Origin: Thermodesulfobacteriota bacterium
Lineage (GTDB): Bacteria; Desulfobacterota; Desulfobacteria; Desulfobacterales; SURF-7
Assembly: GCA_049320885.1 (NCBI GenBank)
Contig: JBMORA010000063.1
Span: forward strand, 32,001-96,000
Length of the DNA: 64,000 nt
Reading direction: 5' to 3'
Shown here piece by piece: positions 10,051-20,583 of this stretch (positions are counted from its first letter, which is position 1; each line of letters starts with the position of its first letter). A program made the position numbers and the translations under genes. Below the pieces are notes generated by a model that was given only the letters and a program-made list of their open reading frames with translations, had not been told where the DNA came from and did not search any database.

Positions 10051-10630
10051 TCTTCGGTCCAACAACTTTTCCGCGCCGCCCTTCCGATTAGCCGCCACCG
10101 TCAATAACTTAAAATAATTCTAAAAATAAATCACTTAGGTTCGTATAAACAGAATCCATCCCCCATGTTCTCCCGGATTCAATGTACATGCGGAAATATT
10201 CCCGTCCACTATCCTACAGTATGCTTTTGTCCACTTCCAAAGGTCAAGCTAAATAGACACCTGTTTGGTCAAAATGACATATACCATGATTGTTTCTTCC
10301 AGCACCATCTGTATTAATTATCATACATCCGTGCCAAAAGAGAATACACCGGCCATTGGGACGATGATCCTGGGGCAGCCATGACGGGGGATACTACAGA
10401 ACCGATTGCATGCGCCGAACGAAATCGCAATTCAACTTCAGAAGGCGGTGGGACTCGGAGCAACCGCATGGGAAAAGGATTGTGGCAAGAGCATTCAAGC
10501 AATTTCAAAGCAAACAACGATCCGGACCATATCCACCTGTTGAACAGGTCGTCAATTCCTTACGGATTCCTTTTTCATATCACGGGAAAACAAAAAAAGT
10601 AAATCAAATTTCATGGTGCCCGAATCCACG

Positions 10631-11833
10631 CTACCCCGCTTCGGGACATTCCACTGGAGGGTCTGTGTTCCGAAAACCGCTTGTCCTTCCCTGTTTTTCA
10701 AATCGACTCAAGATTTCGATATGGGGTGTATGCGGAAACATGTCCAGGGGCTGAACCTCCGCCAGCATCCATTGCCGTCGACGAAGCGCGCAGGCATCAC
10801 GGACAAAGGTCCCCAGATGGCATGAAACATAATAAATTATTTGAATTTCAGGAAAAATATTCAATAATCGAGGGAAATACCGAAATCCCGCGCGGGGCGG
10901 GTCCAGGAGTAGTATCCGGGGGGATTGACAATGCCGTCGCAGCGCATGCAGATCAGGGAGATGATACAAGTCGGTCTCGAGCATTCGCACAGCGGGGAAA
11001 TCCATGGCGGTTTTCCTTCCTGCCGGACAGCCGGAAATATCCACCGCGATAATTCTGGTGAACCCCACTGCAGCCGCCGCCCGGGTAAGATTTCCATCCC
11101 CGGCGAACAGTTCCAACATGGTCTCCGAAAGAGCATGACGGCGCAACTGCTCTTTCAACCAGGTTTTGATTTTTTCGTTTTGAGGTGCATTGGCCTGCTG
11201 GAAAAAACGTCTTTCATTTATAACCAGTTGATCCGGATCGGAATTTTCGTCTATCTCAATGAAATTCCATAGGAATCCACCTTTAGGGCGCCATTGCGGG
11301 TTGGGCAGCCGGCGGCGCAGTTGATATAAGAGCCGGCGGTTTGCATCACTCAATACCAGACAATCCTTAACCGGCACCAGTATATGACTGGCCGCGGATA
11401 CAAAACCGATTTCCTCACCATCGGTTTTGAATTGAGCTCGATTGCGATACCCCCAATACCGCTCCGCCCCCAGGATGGGCTGCAAACCGGTTTCCCCCGG
11501 GGAAAAACCGGCTCTTTGCAAGGCGTGTTTCACGATCTTCTCTTTGGAGCGCAGCTGCGATTCATAGGAACCGATCATCCAGGAGCAACCACCGCAGGCA
11601 CCGTGTCCATACCCCTGATGAGGGCAGAGAGGCATCACGCGCTCCATTGACGGAACGTCCACTTCCACCACGGATGCTTTTCCGTAGCGATTGTCCATCC
11701 ATTCCACCATGAAGCTCCCCTCGTCACCGGGCCACGCGCCGGGGACAAACAATACTCCCCCATCCGGATGGTCGACAACTCCCAGTCCCTTGACGGTCAG
11801 ATCGCGAACCTTACCACGAATGATATTCCGCAT
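10631..11833 (-). CDS. TRAM-domain class I SAM-dependent RNA (uracil-5)-methyltransferase, RlmD/TrmA family
   Basis: N-terminal TRAM (GLGVV..FVPGAWPGD), CPH..CGGC Fe-S motif, YRNRAQF, FFQQAN, LDPPRAG, YVSC, DMFPHTPHIE. Start chosen at MRNIIRG; an upstream start is possible. Confidence 0.88.
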   Translation of the reverse strand: MRNIIRGKVRDLTVKGLGVVDHPDGGVLFVPGAWPGDEGSFMVEWMDNRYGKASVVEVDVPSMERVMPLCPHQGYGHGACGGCSWMIGSYESQLRSKEKIVKHALQRAGFSPGETGLQPILGAERYWGYRNRAQFKTDGEEIGFVSAASHILVPVKDCLVLSDANRRLLYQLRRRLPNPQWRPKGGFLWNFIEIDENSDPDQLVINERRFFQQANAPQNEKIKTWLKEQLRRHALSETMLELFAGDGNLTRAAAAVGFTRIIAVDISGCPAGRKTAMDFPAVRMLETDLYHLPDLHALRRHCQSPRILLLDPPRAGFRYFPRLLNIFPEIQIIYYVSCHLGTFVRDACALRRRQWMLAEVQPLDMFPHTPHIEILSRFEKQGRTSGFRNTDPPVECPEAG

Positions 11834-12065
11834 CCTTGTTGTTTTGCACATCCTGAACCGGTATGCAAGATGAGTGGTTTCCCCATGGATCAGGGGACGA
11901 AACAGCAGCTCGGTGATCATCCGTTCCGTCCGGTTTAATAGTCTTGACAAAAAAGTTTTCAAAACGGATAAATTACGGTGTTTTTTCATATGGCGTTCCA
12001 GAGAATTGCCGCATTCATGGATTCATGACACGGCGGCGGAAAAATCGCCTGCAAGGAGGGTAAGG

Positions 12066-13931
12066 ATGAAAGGCCGGTGTTACGGATGGATATTGTTTCT
12101 TCTTTTGGCCGAAGCACTTCCGGTCATGGCGGCTGACAGGGCCCTGGAGATCAACATGGCGGAAAACGCCAGACGCACGGCTCTGGTGATCGGCAACTCG
12201 GCCTACCCGAACGCGCCGCTGAAAAATCCGGCCAATGACGCCCGAGATATGGCCGCCGCCTTGAAAGAATGCGGCTTTACCGTAACCGTGGCCATCGACT
12301 CCGATTTGCGAAAAATGGAAGAAGTGATCAGCGATTTCGGCCGGAAGCTGCGGGAAGGCGGCGCCGGTCTTTTTTATTATGCGGGTCACGGCATCCAGAT
12401 GGAAGGCGCCAACTACCTCATCCCCGTGGACGCCGTCATCGAAACCCCCGCGGATATCCGTTATAAGGCGGTTGACGCTTCCTGGGTACTGGGGAAAATG
12501 GGCGACGCCGCCAACGGCCTCAACATCGTCATTCTGGATGCCTGCCGAAACAACCCCTTTGCCAGGGGCACCCGGGCTGTCGATCAGGGGCTTGCCAAAA
12601 TGGATGCGCCCACGGGCTCGATTATCGCCTATGCCACCGCTCCCGGATCGGTTGCGGCCGATGGTGAGGGGGAAAACGGTATTTTTACGCGCCACTTGAT
12701 GCATTTCATGCGGCAGCCCCGCTTGAAAGTGGAAGAGGTTTTCAAAAACACCCGTATGGCGGTGATGAAAGAGACGGATAACCGCCAAACGCCCTGGGAG
12801 TCGTCATCTCTAATGGGAAATTTTTATTTCAATCCCGGCGTTGCCGATGTCGCCGCTGCACCGCAACCCTCGGACGACGTTGTCCTACCCCCTGAAGCAA
12901 CGGATATCGGCAATTTCGACAAGATCCTGAAAAAGCGCGAACAGGCCAGGCAGAAATGGTCGGAATGGCAACTGGACATGACGGCCCAATACAAAAAAGC
13001 GGAAGAATATGATGGCAGCAAGCTCCTGACGCCTGCGGAAAAAATCGCTGTCTGGAACCGATTTTTAGCGGCGTATGGCCCGGACAATCCCTATTCCAGG
13101 AAAGATGATACCCTTCGACAGGCGGCCATGGAGCGCAAGGGAATATGGCAGGAAACGGCCGCCACTCCCCGGCCCAAGGAAGACAGCGTCTCCGACGCGC
13201 CGGTCAAGACCGTTCTGACCAATTCCCTGGGGATGAAATTCGTTTACATCCGGCCGGGGGTCTTCCAGATGGGCAGTCCCGGGGGGGAGGCCGGCCGGGG
13301 GAAGGACGAAACCCGCCACCAGGTAACCCTGACCCGGGGGTTTTTTCTGCAGACCACTGAAGTGACCCAGCGTCAATGGAAAAAAGTGATGGATGACAAT
13401 CCGGCGGTTTTTTCAGATTGCGGCGGGGATTGCCCGGTTGAAAACATCTCCTGGGAAGATACGCAGCAATTCATCGACAAATTGAATCAGCGGGACGGCA
13501 GGATATACCGGTTGCCGACGGAGGCCGAATGGGAATTCGCGTTCCGGGCCGGTACCCGCAAGATGTTCTATACGGGTAATTGCCTGTCCGCGGACCAGGC
13601 CAACTACGACGGGAACTTCCCCATGGACGGATGTTCCGGCGGCCCGAATCGCAAATCGATTGTCGTTGTCGGCAGTTTTCCGCCGAACCCCTGGGGCCTG
13701 TACGATATGGCCGGAAATGTATGGGAGTGGTGCCAGGACTGGTATGGAAGCTATCCCGGAGGGCCGGTTTCCGACCCCGCCGGTCCATCCTCCGGCAGTC
13801 AGCGGGTGATGCGGGGAGGTGCATGGAACAGCTACGCCGATAATTGCCGCTCGGCAAACCGCATCGGCTACGGACCCGGGGAAAAATACGGCAACTTCGG
13901 TTTCCGCCTGGCCCTCAACACGGATCGCTGA
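12066..13931 (+). CDS. Secreted caspase-like (peptidase C14) domain plus FGE-sulfatase (C-type lectin fold) protein
   Basis: AGGAGG RBS and signal peptide. ALVIGNSAY, YYAGHG and ILDACR (His/Cys dyad); RLPTEAEWE, LYDMAGNVWEW, RGGAW..GFRL. Confidence 0.9.
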   Translation: MKGRCYGWILFLLLAEALPVMAADRALEINMAENARRTALVIGNSAYPNAPLKNPANDARDMAAALKECGFTVTVAIDSDLRKMEEVISDFGRKLREGGAGLFYYAGHGIQMEGANYLIPVDAVIETPADIRYKAVDASWVLGKMGDAANGLNIVILDACRNNPFARGTRAVDQGLAKMDAPTGSIIAYATAPGSVAADGEGENGIFTRHLMHFMRQPRLKVEEVFKNTRMAVMKETDNRQTPWESSSLMGNFYFNPGVADVAAAPQPSDDVVLPPEATDIGNFDKILKKREQARQKWSEWQLDMTAQYKKAEEYDGSKLLTPAEKIAVWNRFLAAYGPDNPYSRKDDTLRQAAMERKGIWQETAATPRPKEDSVSDAPVKTVLTNSLGMKFVYIRPGVFQMGSPGGEAGRGKDETRHQVTLTRGFFLQTTEVTQRQWKKVMDDNPAVFSDCGGDCPVENISWEDTQQFIDKLNQRDGRIYRLPTEAEWEFAFRAGTRKMFYTGNCLSADQANYDGNFPMDGCSGGPNRKSIVVVGSFPPNPWGLYDMAGNVWEWCQDWYGSYPGGPVSDPAGPSSGSQRVMRGGAWNSYADNCRSANRIGYGPGEKYGNFGFRLALNTDR

Positions 13932-14104
13932 AGATGGCCGATATGCAAATTTAACCTTAAATTACAAATAGTTATAAAATGATATTTTGCTATTGACACG
14001 GGACTGTTTATGGCTCATTGTTGTCGGCATCCCATGTCAGAAAAGCAAGAACGCATCTTCGTTTTCTTCATACTCCTTTACACCCTATCGTCATGAGGTG
14101 AATT

Positions 14105-14668
14105 ATGGCCGGAAAGGAAAAGGATTATTTCATTTCACTTTACGATGTGGCGAAAGTCATCAACGCCTCCCTTTCACCCTCTCAGGTTTTGGAGAAAATA
14201 GTAACCTCCGTGGCGGCGGCCATACAGGTCAAGGCCTGTACCCTGAGGGTATTGGAAGCCAGAAAGAAACGGCTGGTGATGGGTGCCCATTGCGGCCTGT
14301 CCGATGGCTATATCCGTAAAGGCCCCATCTGGGTGGGAGAAAGCGGCCTGGACCAGAAAGCCCTGCAGGGCAAGACCGTCTGGATGAAAAACGCCCAGGT
14401 CGATAAGGATTTCCAATACAATGAAAGAGCCAGGCTGGAAGGCATCACCTCCGTTCTGGTGGTCCCCCTGATGGTGGAAAAAGAAGTCATCGGTGTTTTG
14501 CGGGTGTATTCGGAAGAAGAGCGAGAATTCGATGAAGATGAAAAAAAATTTCTGGAGGCAGCGGCCAATTTAAGCGCCATCGCCCTGGAAAACGCCAGGC
14601 TGCACCATGCACTGCAGAAGGACTATGACTTGCTGGTGGCGCACAAATACCGTCTGGACGACAATTGA
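14105..14668 (+). CDS. Stand-alone GAF domain protein
   Basis: SVLVVPLMVEKEVIGVLRVYS..F...E..FL.AAAN.SAIALENARL pattern; GAGGTG RBS. Confidence 0.85.
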   Translation: MAGKEKDYFISLYDVAKVINASLSPSQVLEKIVTSVAAAIQVKACTLRVLEARKKRLVMGAHCGLSDGYIRKGPIWVGESGLDQKALQGKTVWMKNAQVDKDFQYNERARLEGITSVLVVPLMVEKEVIGVLRVYSEEEREFDEDEKKFLEAAANLSAIALENARLHHALQKDYDLLVAHKYRLDDN

Positions 14669-14744
14669 CGCCGGAGGAAACCGTTCGACTTTCCTGGGTG
14701 TAACAATGATTTTCAGTTAAACGGCAACGAAAAAAGGAGGAGCC

Positions 14745-15755
14745 ATGGTTCGTATCGGAATCAACGGTTTCGGACGCATTGGTCGACAAGTTCTCAAGGC
14801 GATCCTGGAGCGGCACGCGGAGCGGCTGGAAGTTACCGCCATCAACGACCTTTTCGACGTCGAAACCAATATGAATCTGTTCAAATACGACACCAATTAC
14901 GGCCGGTTTCCGGGAGAAGTCAAGGCCGAAGGAAATCAATTGATCGTCAACGGCCGAAAGATCAGGAGTTTCGCCTTGCGCGATCCGGCAACCATACCCT
15001 GGGACGACGTGGGCGCCGACATCGTCGTTGAAAGCACCGGACTTTTCAAGACCGGCCCGAAAGCCGCCGCCCATTTGGAAGCAGGGGCAAAGAAAGTAAT
15101 CATCTCCGCTCCCGCAAAAGAAGAAGACATCACCATCGTCATGGGGGTGAACCACAAACAGTATTCCCCCGGCGATCACCATATTGTCTCGAATGCCTCC
15201 TGCACCACCAATTGTCTGGCGCCGCCGGCCATGATTGTTCATCGCATGTTCGGAATCGAGAAAGCGCTGATGACCACCGTACATTCCTATACTGCGGACC
15301 AACGCCTGATGGATCTCGCCCACAAGGACCCCAGGCGAGCCAGGGCAGCGGCCCTGAACATCATCCCCACCACAACCGGGGCCGCGAAGGCCGTATCGCT
15401 TGTAATCCCCGAACTTGCTGGTCGATTCGACGGATATTCATTGCGGGTGCCGACCCCCACGGTTTCCATCGTCGACTTCGTCGCCCTGATTGAAAAAAAG
15501 ACCGATACGGAAACGCTTCGGGAGGAACTGAGAAAAGCCGCGGAAAAAGAACTGTCGGGAATCATGGCCTGCGAAGAAGAGCCCCTGGTTTCCATGGATT
15601 TCAAGGGCAATCCCCATTCATCCATCATCGATATGGAATTCACCCAGGTACTGAACGGCAACATGGCCAAAGTCGTGACATGGTATGATAACGAATGGGG
15701 ATACTCCTGCCGGGTGGCGGATCTGGCAGCCTACATGGCCGAAAAGGGACTGTAG
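14745..15755 (+). CDS. gap: Type I glyceraldehyde-3-phosphate dehydrogenase
   Basis: [40 protein letters not shown]. Confidence 0.97.
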   Translation: MVRIGINGFGRIGRQVLKAILERHAERLEVTAINDLFDVETNMNLFKYDTNYGRFPGEVKAEGNQLIVNGRKIRSFALRDPATIPWDDVGADIVVESTGLFKTGPKAAAHLEAGAKKVIISAPAKEEDITIVMGVNHKQYSPGDHHIVSNASCTTNCLAPPAMIVHRMFGIEKALMTTVHSYTADQRLMDLAHKDPRRARAAALNIIPTTTGAAKAVSLVIPELAGRFDGYSLRVPTPTVSIVDFVALIEKKTDTETLREELRKAAEKELSGIMACEEEPLVSMDFKGNPHSSIIDMEFTQVLNGNMAKVVTWYDNEWGYSCRVADLAAYMAEKGL

Positions 15756-15884
15756 CGCCCCATTATTTTTCTCTTGTCCGGCGCCGGGAAATCGGATAGG
15801 AATCGGCATGGCGATTGCCCGGGAAATCAGGCTTTCGGATGATAATTCCCGACAGGCAGCAACCGATGGCCCCGAAGAGGTATC

Positions 15885-16937
15885 ATGTCCGAACCGCAGA
15901 CTTTTTTCACGATCATTCGGGAAGCGGATTGCCCATTGTATCGCCTGGGAGAGGAATTCCTGCTTACCGGCCTGGCCCTTTCCCCGCCCATGGCAAAACC
16001 CGTCTGTATTCAACTGGCCAGGGATATCGCCAATCTGCGAAATGCCGATGACGGAGGAGGCCCCAAGGGAAAAGGCGGTGAGATCTTTACCTGCAGCGGC
16101 TGCAACGGTTCCGTCGGCATTGCCATCCACCACCCCATCATCCAGGGGGATCGCTCCGAACAAATTAAAACCATCGAAAATATCGCCCACATCCTCAGCG
16201 GTTTTTCCATGTTTCGCAGCCTTTCCGCGCACCAGATTCGGGATCTGGTCGCCTTGATCCGGCTCGCCCAGTATGAATCCGGTCAGGAAATTCTCCGCAA
16301 AGGAGAGCCGGGCCGCCATCTCTACATTATTCTATCCGGCCGGGTAGAGGTTCTGGACGAAAACCTGCGCAACATCGCCGTGCTGGAAAAAGGGGAAGTT
16401 TTCGGTGAGATGAGTCTTCTGAGCGGCGAACCGGTGAATGCCACCATCCGGGTCACCATGCCGACCAAGGTGCTCTATTTTCACGGCCGCGACTTCAGCA
16501 AGGTGCTGCACAAATATCCGCCGCTCCAGCTCTATCTGGCGAAGCTGCTCACCAGGCGGCTTGCCAGGACCACCAACATCCGTCTGGAAGAAACCACCGT
16601 CGGCATGAGCGGCAGCCTCGCGGAAACACCGCCGCCGGAGCTTTGCCAGACCATTAATATCAACCAGAAGACCGGCGTCCTGTTACTGAAGCTGGACAAC
16701 GGCACCGCCAGGATATCCTTCCGTGACGGCAATATCATCAAGGCCTCCTACGGCGAAAAGCAGGATAAAGGCGCCTTCTTTGAAATCCTGAAAGCCAATG
16801 ACGGTCATTTCCATTTTCATCCGGGGATACCGGCCGAGGAAAAAGCGCACCCGGAAATCGGCCATTTCATGTGCCTGTTGATGGAAGGCGTCAGCCGGAT
16901 GGACGAAGAGAGCGTCACGCGGAATCAATCGTCATGA
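15885..16937 (+). CDS. Cyclic-nucleotide-binding domain protein with C-terminal DUF4388-like domain
   Basis: LYIILSGRVEV..GEVFGEMSLLSGEP cNMP motif; MSGSLAE..ELCQTININQKTGVL..ISFRDGNII; N-terminal Cys-containing region. Confidence 0.8.
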   Translation: MSEPQTFFTIIREADCPLYRLGEEFLLTGLALSPPMAKPVCIQLARDIANLRNADDGGGPKGKGGEIFTCSGCNGSVGIAIHHPIIQGDRSEQIKTIENIAHILSGFSMFRSLSAHQIRDLVALIRLAQYESGQEILRKGEPGRHLYIILSGRVEVLDENLRNIAVLEKGEVFGEMSLLSGEPVNATIRVTMPTKVLYFHGRDFSKVLHKYPPLQLYLAKLLTRRLARTTNIRLEETTVGMSGSLAETPPPELCQTININQKTGVLLLKLDNGTARISFRDGNIIKASYGEKQDKGAFFEILKANDGHFHFHPGIPAEEKAHPEIGHFMCLLMEGVSRMDEESVTRNQSS

Positions 16938-17674
16938 CCAACGGTCCGGATTATTCATTCAGTGCAAAAGAGCGCCTGCTGCTCCGATTCGGCATGCCTC
17001 TTCTGGCCTTGTTCATCCGCTGCTGGAACGCCACCTGCCGAAAATCGGTGATCTTTCTGAACGGAAACGAAGAACAGCTGATCTCACGCCATGCCGGCTG
17101 CATTTACGCCACCTGGCATCAACGCATGTTTTATTTTTTTCATTATTTCGGCCCCCAAAAAATCATCATGATGATCAGCCAGAGCAAGGACGGTGAATTT
17201 GCCACCGCTGTCGCCCGCCATCTGGGTTTCGATGCCGTTCGCGGCAGCGCCAACCGGGGCGGCAAAAGCGCCATGCTGGCCCTTATCCGGCTCCTCCGGA
17301 AACCGGATACCAGGGCCGGCATGATGGTCGACGGTTCCCAGGGACCGCCGCGGATTCTGAAAATCGGCACTGTCCGGCTGGCCCGCGCCACCGGAAAACC
17401 CGTCATTCCGGTAATCTGCGGCGCCCGCCGGAAAATTGTTTTCAAGAGCTGGGACCGTTACTTCCTGCCGCTGCCCTTTACCGATGTCGTTGTCATCCAC
17501 GGAACCCCCCGGTTCATTCCCGTCAACGCCTCCAACGCGGAATGCGAAGTACTTCGCCTGGAAATTGAACGGGAGATGAATCACCTGGCCGACCTGTGCG
17601 ACTTATGGTGGGGAGGGAAGCCCGTGGGCAAGCCGGGTTTTGATTTGCCGGCCAACGGCGCCGACATCTATTGA
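16934..17674 (+). CDS. Lysophospholipid acyltransferase family (DUF374) protein
   Basis: WHQR, MISQSKDGE, RGSANRGG, VDGSQGP, KSWDRYFLPLPF; ATGA overlap with the upstream stop. Confidence 0.85.
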   Translation: MTNGPDYSFSAKERLLLRFGMPLLALFIRCWNATCRKSVIFLNGNEEQLISRHAGCIYATWHQRMFYFFHYFGPQKIIMMISQSKDGEFATAVARHLGFDAVRGSANRGGKSAMLALIRLLRKPDTRAGMMVDGSQGPPRILKIGTVRLARATGKPVIPVICGARRKIVFKSWDRYFLPLPFTDVVVIHGTPRFIPVNASNAECEVLRLEIEREMNHLADLCDLWWGGKPVGKPGFDLPANGADIY

Positions 17675-17755
17675 ACATTTCCATTCGTCCCTCATCCCAT
17701 ACCGGGATGGCGGCCGGATTCCATCATTTTCGATTGACAGAAAACAGAGGAGCTT

Positions 17756-18580
17756 ATGGCCATTATCACCATTTCCAGAGGTTCTTACAGCCGCGGCAGC
17801 GAAGTCGCCTGCAAAATCGCCGCCGCATTGTCCTATGAATGCATCTCCCGGGAAATCCTGCTTGAGACCTCGGAAGTCTTCAACATTCCGGAAATCAAGC
17901 TGGTTCGCGCCATTCATGATGCCCCTTCCATCCTGAATCGCTTCCATCACGGCAAGGAACGATATGTGGCCTATATCCGCGCCATCCTGTTGCGTCATGT
18001 CCAGAAAGACAATGTAGTGTATCACGGCCTGGCCGGCCATTTTTTTCTACAAGGGATTCCGCACGTATTGAAGGTCCGCATCCTCGCGGACATGGAGGAT
18101 CGGATCCGGGAGGAAATGCAACGGGAAAAACTCACGATTGAAAAGGCGCGCCTTCTGTTGAAAAAGGATGATGAGGAACGCCGGAAATGGAGCCAGACCC
18201 TGTACGGCAAAGACACATGGGATCCGGGACTGTATGATATCGTCCTGAAAATAAAAACCATCAAAGTGGATGACGCGGTCGGGATCATTCGGGACACCGC
18301 GCGGCTTTCTTCTTTTCAAACCACCCCGGAGTCCCAACAGATTCTGGATGATCTGGTACTGGCCGCCCAGATCGAGGCCCTGCTGGTTACCGACTTTCCC
18401 GGAATCAAAGTCGTCGCCAAGGGCAACACGGCCGACATACACGTAGCCGTCAATGCCAATCTGATGTCCTCCGCAACCGGGAAAAGAGAAATCATCCATC
18501 GCATCCAGGAAATCGCCGTCAACCTGGGCGGGGCTGAAAAAGTCCAGGTGTACCTGACCACCGGGGTTGCCGATGGGTGA
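17756..18580 (+). CDS. Cytidylate kinase-like family protein
   Basis: IITISRGSYSRGSEVA, VVYHGLAGHF, DEERRKW..LYG.D.WDP.LYD. Confidence 0.85.
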   Translation: MAIITISRGSYSRGSEVACKIAAALSYECISREILLETSEVFNIPEIKLVRAIHDAPSILNRFHHGKERYVAYIRAILLRHVQKDNVVYHGLAGHFFLQGIPHVLKVRILADMEDRIREEMQREKLTIEKARLLLKKDDEERRKWSQTLYGKDTWDPGLYDIVLKIKTIKVDDAVGIIRDTARLSSFQTTPESQQILDDLVLAAQIEALLVTDFPGIKVVAKGNTADIHVAVNANLMSSATGKREIIHRIQEIAVNLGGAEKVQVYLTTGVADG

Positions 18581-18676
18581 CGACGGAACCGGACCGGCCG
18601 CCATCCATGGAGCATTCTCTGAAATTTGTTCCCTGTAGTATGGATCGCGGAGGGGTAAACCAGGGTCGGACGGCCT

Positions 18677-19810
18677 TCAAACCGCTGGCAGGAAAATACG
18701 GATGCTGGTTCCCTGGCCGGGAGCGGAATCGACGTAAATATATCCGTCGTGATTTTTGATGATGCCGTATACCGCGGCCATGCCGAGGCCGCGGCCCTGG
18801 AATTTGGTTGTGAAAAAGGGCTCGAACACCCGGCGGCGGGTCTCCTCATCCATGCCCCCGCCGTCATCCTCAACGGTCAGCCACACATATTTCCCCGGTT
18901 GCAAGCCGGGATAATGCCCAGCCGAAACCGAATCCACCTCCTGAATTCCGGTGCGGATCCGGATGCTGCCGCTCACCGGGGTGGCCTCCATCGCGTTTTT
19001 CAGAATGGCCGACATCGCCATGGATATCTGGGCTTCATCGGCATTGATGCGCATGGACAGGTCCGGAAGAGCTGTCGATACCCTGACGGCCGGATTCCGG
19101 AACAGCTCTTTTATCCCCGGCAGTACGCGACGAATCAGGTCGTTCAATTCCAGAACCCTTGCATGATATTTGCCGCAGCGCGCAAAAGCCAGGAGCTGGC
19201 GAACCAGGTCGCTGAGGCGCCGGATCGACTGCCATGACGTCTGCCGGAACAAACGGGTCTTTTCATTGTCCGCCAATTCGTCCTCAATCAACTCGATATG
19301 ACCGGACAATATGTGCAGCACATTGTTGAATTCGTGGGCGATGCCTCCGGCCAAGGTGGCCAGTGATTCCATCCGGCCGGTTTTCTGTCGCCGCAACTCC
19401 GCCCGGCTGCAATGAGTAATATCACGATCGACTCCCCGGTATCCCAGCAGTTTTCCCGTCGTGTCGAAATACGGGACACCGCTCGTTTCGAGCTCCACCA
19501 TACGTCCTTCCCTGTGCAGGCAGATATGGATCCAACGAAAAAACGGGGCCTGTGAAGCCAACATATCCAAAAAAACAGGTTTGACCCGCGCCGACTCCTC
19601 TCCGGTCATAAAGTCAAACGGTGTTTTCCCGAGCATTTCTTCCGGAAGGTATCCCAGAACATCTTGGACTTTTCGATTGGAGTAGGTATAGCGGCCGCTG
19701 CAATCCACTTCCCAGATCCAGTCGCTGATATTTTCGGTAAACTCCTCGAAGCGAGTATTACCGTTTCCCGGCATGCCGTTTGGTTTCCCGGGTAGTGGAC
19801 TTTCTTTCAT
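18677..19810 (-). CDS. PAS-domain sensor histidine kinase
   Basis: DWIWEVD PAS; LAGGIAHEFNN H-box; VEDDGGGM, FEPFFTTK, GRGLGM. Confidence 0.9.
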   Translation of the reverse strand: MKESPLPGKPNGMPGNGNTRFEEFTENISDWIWEVDCSGRYTYSNRKVQDVLGYLPEEMLGKTPFDFMTGEESARVKPVFLDMLASQAPFFRWIHICLHREGRMVELETSGVPYFDTTGKLLGYRGVDRDITHCSRAELRRQKTGRMESLATLAGGIAHEFNNVLHILSGHIELIEDELADNEKTRLFRQTSWQSIRRLSDLVRQLLAFARCGKYHARVLELNDLIRRVLPGIKELFRNPAVRVSTALPDLSMRINADEAQISMAMSAILKNAMEATPVSGSIRIRTGIQEVDSVSAGHYPGLQPGKYVWLTVEDDGGGMDEETRRRVFEPFFTTKFQGRGLGMAAVYGIIKNHDGYIYVDSAPGQGTSIRIFLPAV

Positions 19811-19852
19811 AAACGCCCTATTCCGGTTGCGATGGTGGCGGTGGTTCTCTTG

Positions 19853-20494
19853 TTATTCGATCCGGGGAAGAAAGGCATAGCCGTTGCTGATGGCGTATCG
19901 CACCAGCTCGATCACATTCTTGAGGCCGAGCTTCTCCATGATGTTGGAACGGTGCTTGTTGACGGTCCATTGCGATATATGTAGCAAATTGCTGATTTCC
20001 TTGCTTGTTTTACCCTCAGAAAGCAAGGCCATGATCTGTTTTTCCCTCAGGGTCAGGGTCTCGCCGTTCTGCTTGTTCAGCTGACCGTTATCCGATACAA
20101 GCGCTTTTTTGGAAACCCCATGACCTTCATTGATGACCTTGTCAATCGCATGGATCAGGTGGTGCATGGAATCCCCTTTGGAGATGATGGCGCACGCCCC
20201 GGCCTGGATCGCCCGCTGCCGGTTTTTTTCGTTCACGAAACCGCTCAACACGATGGCATGGATCTCCGGATACAATCGCTTGATTTCCGCGATGGTCTCG
20301 CAGCCTTTCATCCGCGGCATCTCCAGGTCCACGATGACGATATCGGGACGGGTGTTTTTCAGCATATCCAACAACTCGATCCCGTCCCGGGCTTCGCCGA
20401 CAACCTTCCAATTATCTTTTGATTTAAAGATCATTTTCAGCGCATCCAGGACAATCGGATGGTCATCCGCAACTATGATTGTATGTTCCGTCAT
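19853..20494 (-). CDS. NarL/FixJ family response regulator (REC plus LuxR HTH)
   Basis: ADDHP, VDLEMP, LTLREKQI..GKTSKEIS..TVNKHRSNIMEKL. Confidence 0.93.
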   Translation of the reverse strand: MTEHTIIVADDHPIVLDALKMIFKSKDNWKVVGEARDGIELLDMLKNTRPDIVIVDLEMPRMKGCETIAEIKRLYPEIHAIVLSGFVNEKNRQRAIQAGACAIISKGDSMHHLIHAIDKVINEGHGVSKKALVSDNGQLNKQNGETLTLREKQIMALLSEGKTSKEISNLLHISQWTVNKHRSNIMEKLGLKNVIELVRYAISNGYAFLPRIE

Positions 20495-20583
20495 GTCAGC
20501 CCACAGTCCGGTTCAGGGTATGAACACCACAATAATCTAAAATGATTTGACATATTCGCAATTTTCTTTCAATACATAGATAT

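Noticed and set aside
10314..10602. Short ORFs of 67 and 73 aa and a degenerate sigma-54-like site near 10498-10513
   Set aside because: No RBS or recognisable motif, and the site lacks the invariant GG.
11874..12065. Apparent overlap between the rlmD-like and caspase-FGE ORFs
   Set aside because: Artefact of longest-ORF start calls; the likely starts (11833 minus, 12066 plus) leave a divergent promoter region.
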